A DNA stretch of 59,730 nt from the IMG/VR virus record IMGVR_UViG_3300020395_000008, positions 1 to 59,730 of that record; one strand, given 5' to 3'. Of this stretch, positions 56,838-59,730 are shown one piece after another (the stretch's first letter is position 1; the number at the start of each line of letters is the position of its first letter). The position numbers and the translations under genes are program-made. The notes beneath the pieces were generated by a model. It saw only the letters and a list, made by a program, of their open reading frames with translations. It did not search any database and had not been told where the DNA came from. The DNA comes from a virus (taxonomy: Duplodnaviria; Caudoviricetes).

Positions 56838-58079
56838 ATGACAACAACATCTAAACCACCATTAGCGGTGGGACAACAAGCTGCTGATAATTTAACAGCA
56901 GTACTAGCAACCGATTTGGTTAAAGGAACCAAATTTAAGATTTTATTAAAAACAGTTAAAGATAATATTGATAGAGCAGGGATTCGCTATCCAGTAGGTA
57001 GCGAGCCCTGCTTGTCTTTTGAGACATTTCAGAACCTTAGAGCATCTCAACTAGATGAGATGACTACTTACCTAGTAGAAGTTCCTGTATCTAAACTCAA
57101 CTATAAGCAAGGACAAATTCGTTTAGTCCGTCCTGAGTTTTGTGTACAGAACTTTAACCTATTTGGTCATGTGGTTGATTTTACACAATCAGAATTTCCA
57201 GTTGCTCACTATGATGAGACTACAGGTTTATGTGATCTTGTTAAGAAACAGCACCTTTCTGCTCAAGCAGCTGCTGTTGCTGTAGTTAAAGAAGAAGATC
57301 TTACTGTACGAGTAAGAGTAGTTGCTTTCCAAACAAAAGTAACTGCTCAAGAAAGAGATATTCTTAAGTCTAAACTCTTTTACTCCGAAGTTAAAGGTAT
57401 CAATGATACTAAAGAGTGGGAAAAACTTCTTCACCAATGTGCTTTGGATGAACCAGTTGCCCTTGCAACCAAATCATTCTATGAATCTATTCCTGGATTA
57501 ACATGGCAACCCTATGCGTTTCCATTCCCTTATGTTCAAGGTGTTCAGTTCTGCTGTACTAAAGTCTCTCAGATGACTAAAGTTATTCAGTATGCAACTA
57601 ATGATGATGCACTCGGTGAATTACGTGATATCGTTCAAACTTTGTGCAATACTTTTGATTGGGAAAGAGAAGCACCTAAGAAAGAACTTTCTGTTTATCT
57701 TATTAGAGCTTTCTACAACTTTGAGAAACGTTTACATCCTTTGATTGATGATGCAATGGGAGGATTGGGTTACCAATTCGATATCCTAGATCATATTGAA
57801 TCTTTCTTTGCAAAGAAACCTCAAAAAATGTATCTTGGTAGTACGACTACTGATAAGAAACCTTGGCAGCATCTTGTTAAGGTTGCCGATAGAGTGAATG
57901 AATCTCTAATCGAGAGTGGTCAAGGTATTAATACCCCATTCTTCCATCTTGGAAAACGTACATTTGTTGATGCTGTTTATGCACTAGCAAATCCAAATAT
58001 GGGTAAGAGAAGAACTGAGGCAGTCGATAGAGATCTTATTGAGAAGTATATTAAGGTTCATGTAAGAAACTTTAATTAA
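56838..58079 (+). CDS. hypothetical protein with degenerate ParB/Srx-like N-terminal domain
   Basis: VPVSKLNY...QIR...LVKKQHL...V.VRVV...SKLF..E pattern; late-like core ACTAAATA at 56758-56765. Confidence 0.55.
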   Translation: MTTTSKPPLAVGQQAADNLTAVLATDLVKGTKFKILLKTVKDNIDRAGIRYPVGSEPCLSFETFQNLRASQLDEMTTYLVEVPVSKLNYKQGQIRLVRPEFCVQNFNLFGHVVDFTQSEFPVAHYDETTGLCDLVKKQHLSAQAAAVAVVKEEDLTVRVRVVAFQTKVTAQERDILKSKLFYSEVKGINDTKEWEKLLHQCALDEPVALATKSFYESIPGLTWQPYAFPFPYVQGVQFCCTKVSQMTKVIQYATNDDALGELRDIVQTLCNTFDWEREAPKKELSVYLIRAFYNFEKRLHPLIDDAMGGLGYQFDILDHIESFFAKKPQKMYLGSTTTDKKPWQHLVKVADRVNESLIESGQGINTPFFHLGKRTFVDAVYALANPNMGKRRTEAVDRDLIEKYIKVHVRNFN

Positions 58080-58103
58080 TTACATCCAGTTTCTAACTGG
58101 CAC

Positions 58104-58130
58104 AAGGGGGATTTACTTCCCCCTTTTTTT
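58104..58130 (+). terminator. rho-independent terminator
   Basis: AAGGGGGA-TTTACT-TCCCCCTT followed by a T tract. Confidence 0.85.
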
Positions 58131-58140
58131 ATGTTATACT
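58112..58140 (+). promoter_or_regulatory. sigma70-type early promoter with -35 in the terminator loop
   Basis: TTTACT-N17-TATACT with TG extension; CCAGTT-TCT-AACTGG palindrome upstream. Confidence 0.72.
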
Positions 58141-58161
58141 ATCGTTAATTCAAAACTTTCA

Positions 58162-58356
58162 ATGAAATCTGAATTCTTGTACGTCAAACCTAGATCACTT
58201 GAAGCCACTAATCGCTTCGTGAATAAAATGGATAGACTACATTCATGTCGCATAGATAAACGTGAGGATGGTAGAGTATTTTTATCATCTATTTCAGGTC
58301 GTTATCTATTCTCTATTATGGAAAGTGACGACAAAGATTGGGAGATTATTAAATGA
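58162..58356 (+). CDS. hypothetical early protein
   Basis: 64-aa ORF after promoter; V.PRS..A.NRF.N.MD.LHSC pattern. Confidence 0.75.
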   Translation: MKSEFLYVKPRSLEATNRFVNKMDRLHSCRIDKREDGRVFLSSISGRYLFSIMESDDKDWEIIK

Positions 58357-58685
58357 AAGATCAAAAATCATTAGACGAAAAGATAACAGATTTTGATAAG
58401 TGGGATAGAGCTCGTTCTATCTTTATTGAATCTTTAATGCGTCCTGATAATCATCTACGCAGTTGTGCTTACAATCAGCAATGTTATGATGAGTTGATGG
58501 AAATTAGGGATTATGTTATTGATAAAACAAGAAATATGATTAACCCTAGAGTTCCACCCTCAAAATTTGGAGCAAAAAATGATCACGTAGAACCTACAAT
58601 TACTACACCAAATGGTGAAATTAGTGAAACTTTAATGAGTGGAGCATTGCGTGAACATTACATGACAGACCATAGAGAGTATTAA
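58353..58685 (+). CDS. hypothetical early protein
   Basis: ATGA-coupled 110-aa ORF. Confidence 0.72.
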   Translation: MKDQKSLDEKITDFDKWDRARSIFIESLMRPDNHLRSCAYNQQCYDELMEIRDYVIDKTRNMINPRVPPSKFGAKNDHVEPTITTPNGEISETLMSGALREHYMTDHREY

Positions 58686-58687
58686 TT

Positions 58688-58882
58688 ATGATTACTAAAG
58701 AAAAACAACGTAACCAAGTTAAATCTAAATTTTATTATATCTTTTGGGGTATCGCAACATTTTCTGTAGTAGCAGGCCAATTATATGTTGGATCTGGATA
58801 TAGAATATTTGCTCAATCATTAAATAGAATTTTTGATACCATTGAAGTTCAAGTTAGTGATGATTATGAGAGATTTTATTAA
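58688..58882 (+). CDS. small membrane protein
   Basis: One hydrophobic segment FYYIFWGIATFSVVAGQLYVG. Confidence 0.72.
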   Translation: MITKEKQRNQVKSKFYYIFWGIATFSVVAGQLYVGSGYRIFAQSLNRIFDTIEVQVSDDYERFY

Positions 58883-58888
58883 ATAGTA

Positions 58889-58948
58889 TTGCATAACTCT
58901 AAAGAGAATATTAAAATCATAGATATATTACATACATTATGTTATAAT
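58889..58948 (+). promoter_or_regulatory. candidate sigma70 promoter(s)
   Basis: TTGCAT-N17-TAAAAT (58889-58917) and extended TGTTATAAT (58940-58948). Confidence 0.5.
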
Positions 58949-58971
58949 ATCCTCACATACCTCTTAAAACC

Positions 58972-59190
58972 ATGATTAACTTAGACGAGCGATACCATTC
59001 TTACCTAGATGGCAGTAAGAAGATGAGAATAGATGGTGTTGAAGAACGAGTTAAGGCATATGGTTGGCATTGTGATGGCAATGACATTAAAGGACATTAT
59101 GTAACAACAGAGAATTATCAGTTGTATTATAATATGGATGGGCTTTTTACAAAGATGGTGGCACTTAGAGAACTGTCCACTGTTGGTTGA
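58972..59190 (+). CDS. hypothetical cyanophage protein
   Basis: 72-aa ORF starting MINLDERYHSYL, downstream of promoter. Confidence 0.75.
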   Translation: MINLDERYHSYLDGSKKMRIDGVEERVKAYGWHCDGNDIKGHYVTTENYQLYYNMDGLFTKMVALRELSTVG

Positions 59191-59215
59191 CTTTTCCTCG
59201 TGAATGTAATATTAT
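59187..59215 (+). promoter_or_regulatory. sigma70-type early promoter
   Basis: TTGACT-N17-TATTAT; AACTGTCCAC motif upstream. Confidence 0.72.
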
Positions 59216-59220
59216 ATAAA

Positions 59221-59370
59221 TGTTGAGAGGGATACTACAGGGTAACGTCCAACAGACTTCGCACGTGCTGTGACCCACTTCTCAACAACACACAACACAC
59301 ACTAACGAGGAGATGGATGTGCCTCTGGGATCGCAACCCAAGAAAGAACTAACATCCGCTAGCCTTTTCA
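59221..59370 (+). ncRNA. candidate structured RNA (two stem-loop domains joined by a CA-rich linker)
   Basis: TGTTGAGAGG/CTTCTCAACA and GGATGT/ACATCC closing stems; begins at the predicted TSS; GC-richer than flanks. Confidence 0.55.
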
Positions 59371-59381
59371 TTATTTTATTA

Positions 59382-59564
59382 ATGGCATACCATCACGAGT
59401 GGAGTCAATCTTATCTTAAAGATTATAGATTGACATTTGAAGAGCATCACATGAACAATGAGTGGTTCAATAGTATGCTATCTAAGTTAAAAGATGATGG
59501 CGAACTTTATGTGCCAATGTTAGACAAATCATTCAACAAATCAGGTGAGGAGGTATCTTCGTGA
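59382..59564 (+). CDS. hypothetical early protein (60 aa)
   Basis: ATG at 59382 (MAYHHEW...) preferred to the track start at 59313, which lies inside the structured RNA. Confidence 0.65.
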   Translation: MAYHHEWSQSYLKDYRLTFEEHHMNNEWFNSMLSKLKDDGELYVPMLDKSFNKSGEEVSS

Positions 59565-59683
59565 ATAAAGATCATTTAAACCAAACTGATGAAATGATTG
59601 AGAAGTTTATTGAAGAATGTGAAAGAGAAGCAGCTTCGTTAGAAATCACTGTTGATTACTACATTGCTGAGTTCCTTGTTTGA
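59561..59683 (+). CDS. small acidic protein (40 aa, absent from ORF track)
   Basis: GTG start with GAGGAGG RBS; MNKDHLNQTDEMIEKFIEECEREAASLEITVDYYIAEFLV. Confidence 0.7.
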   Translation: MNKDHLNQTDEMIEKFIEECEREAASLEITVDYYIAEFLV

Positions 59684-59721
59684 CAAATAGTACCCTATCG
59701 GTTATACTGATAGGGTATTTT
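59680..59721 (+). promoter_or_regulatory. sigma70 promoter with -10 in a stem-loop
   Basis: TTGACA-N17-TATACT; hairpin TACCCTATCGG-TTATA-CTGATAGGGTA followed by TTTT. Confidence 0.8.
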
Positions 59722-59730
59722 AATATATAC

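Noticed and set aside
2121-57437. Many short antisense or alternative-frame ORFs in the track (e.g. 2121..2396, 6763..7212, 24364..24798)
   Set aside because: They overlap well-supported genes and have no motifs or expression signals; treated as shadow ORFs.
58947-58962. Yfr1-like motif (TCCTCACATAC)
   Set aside because: Imperfect match and no flanking hairpins; probably just a leader sequence.
59221-59290. tRNA gene
   Set aside because: No TTCGA T-loop in cloverleaf context, no D-loop or CCA pattern; kept only as an unassigned structured RNA.
59313-59381. Longer N-terminus for the 59313..59564 ORF
   Set aside because: The start falls inside a predicted RNA stem; ATG 59382 after an AT-rich leader is more plausible, though GAGGAG just before 59313 leaves some doubt.

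Overview
AT-rich segment of a T4-like cyanomyophage genome, resembling P-SSM2-type Prochlorococcus/Synechococcus myoviruses. It opens with the gp32 C-terminus and the baseplate module: gp53, gp48, gp2-like, gp4, gp54-like, gp26, gp51, two tape-measure-like paralogues, a gp27-like hub, CP12 and a gp5-like pair. Large virion/fibre genes follow. A ~28-kb accessory island (27.1-55.7 kb) interleaves seven RCC1-like beta-propeller genes with seven 2OG-Fe(II) oxygenases, about seven glycosyltransferase-like genes, a sulfotransferase and an ADP-heptose-type nucleotide-sugar module. The window ends in small early genes with sigma70 promoter/stem-loop cassettes. Main candidates for new biology: (1) a complete -1 programmed frameshift signal that would fuse gp26 to gp51 directly upstream of the tape-measure-like genes; (2) a putative phage-encoded heptosylation/hydroxylation/sulfation system for the RCC1 adhesins; (3) DNA-level repeats suggesting modular adhesin shuffling; (4) type-1-copper ligand sets in virion proteins; (5) a structured RNA starting at a predicted TSS near 59221. 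All calls come from reading motifs by eye; no database searches were run.
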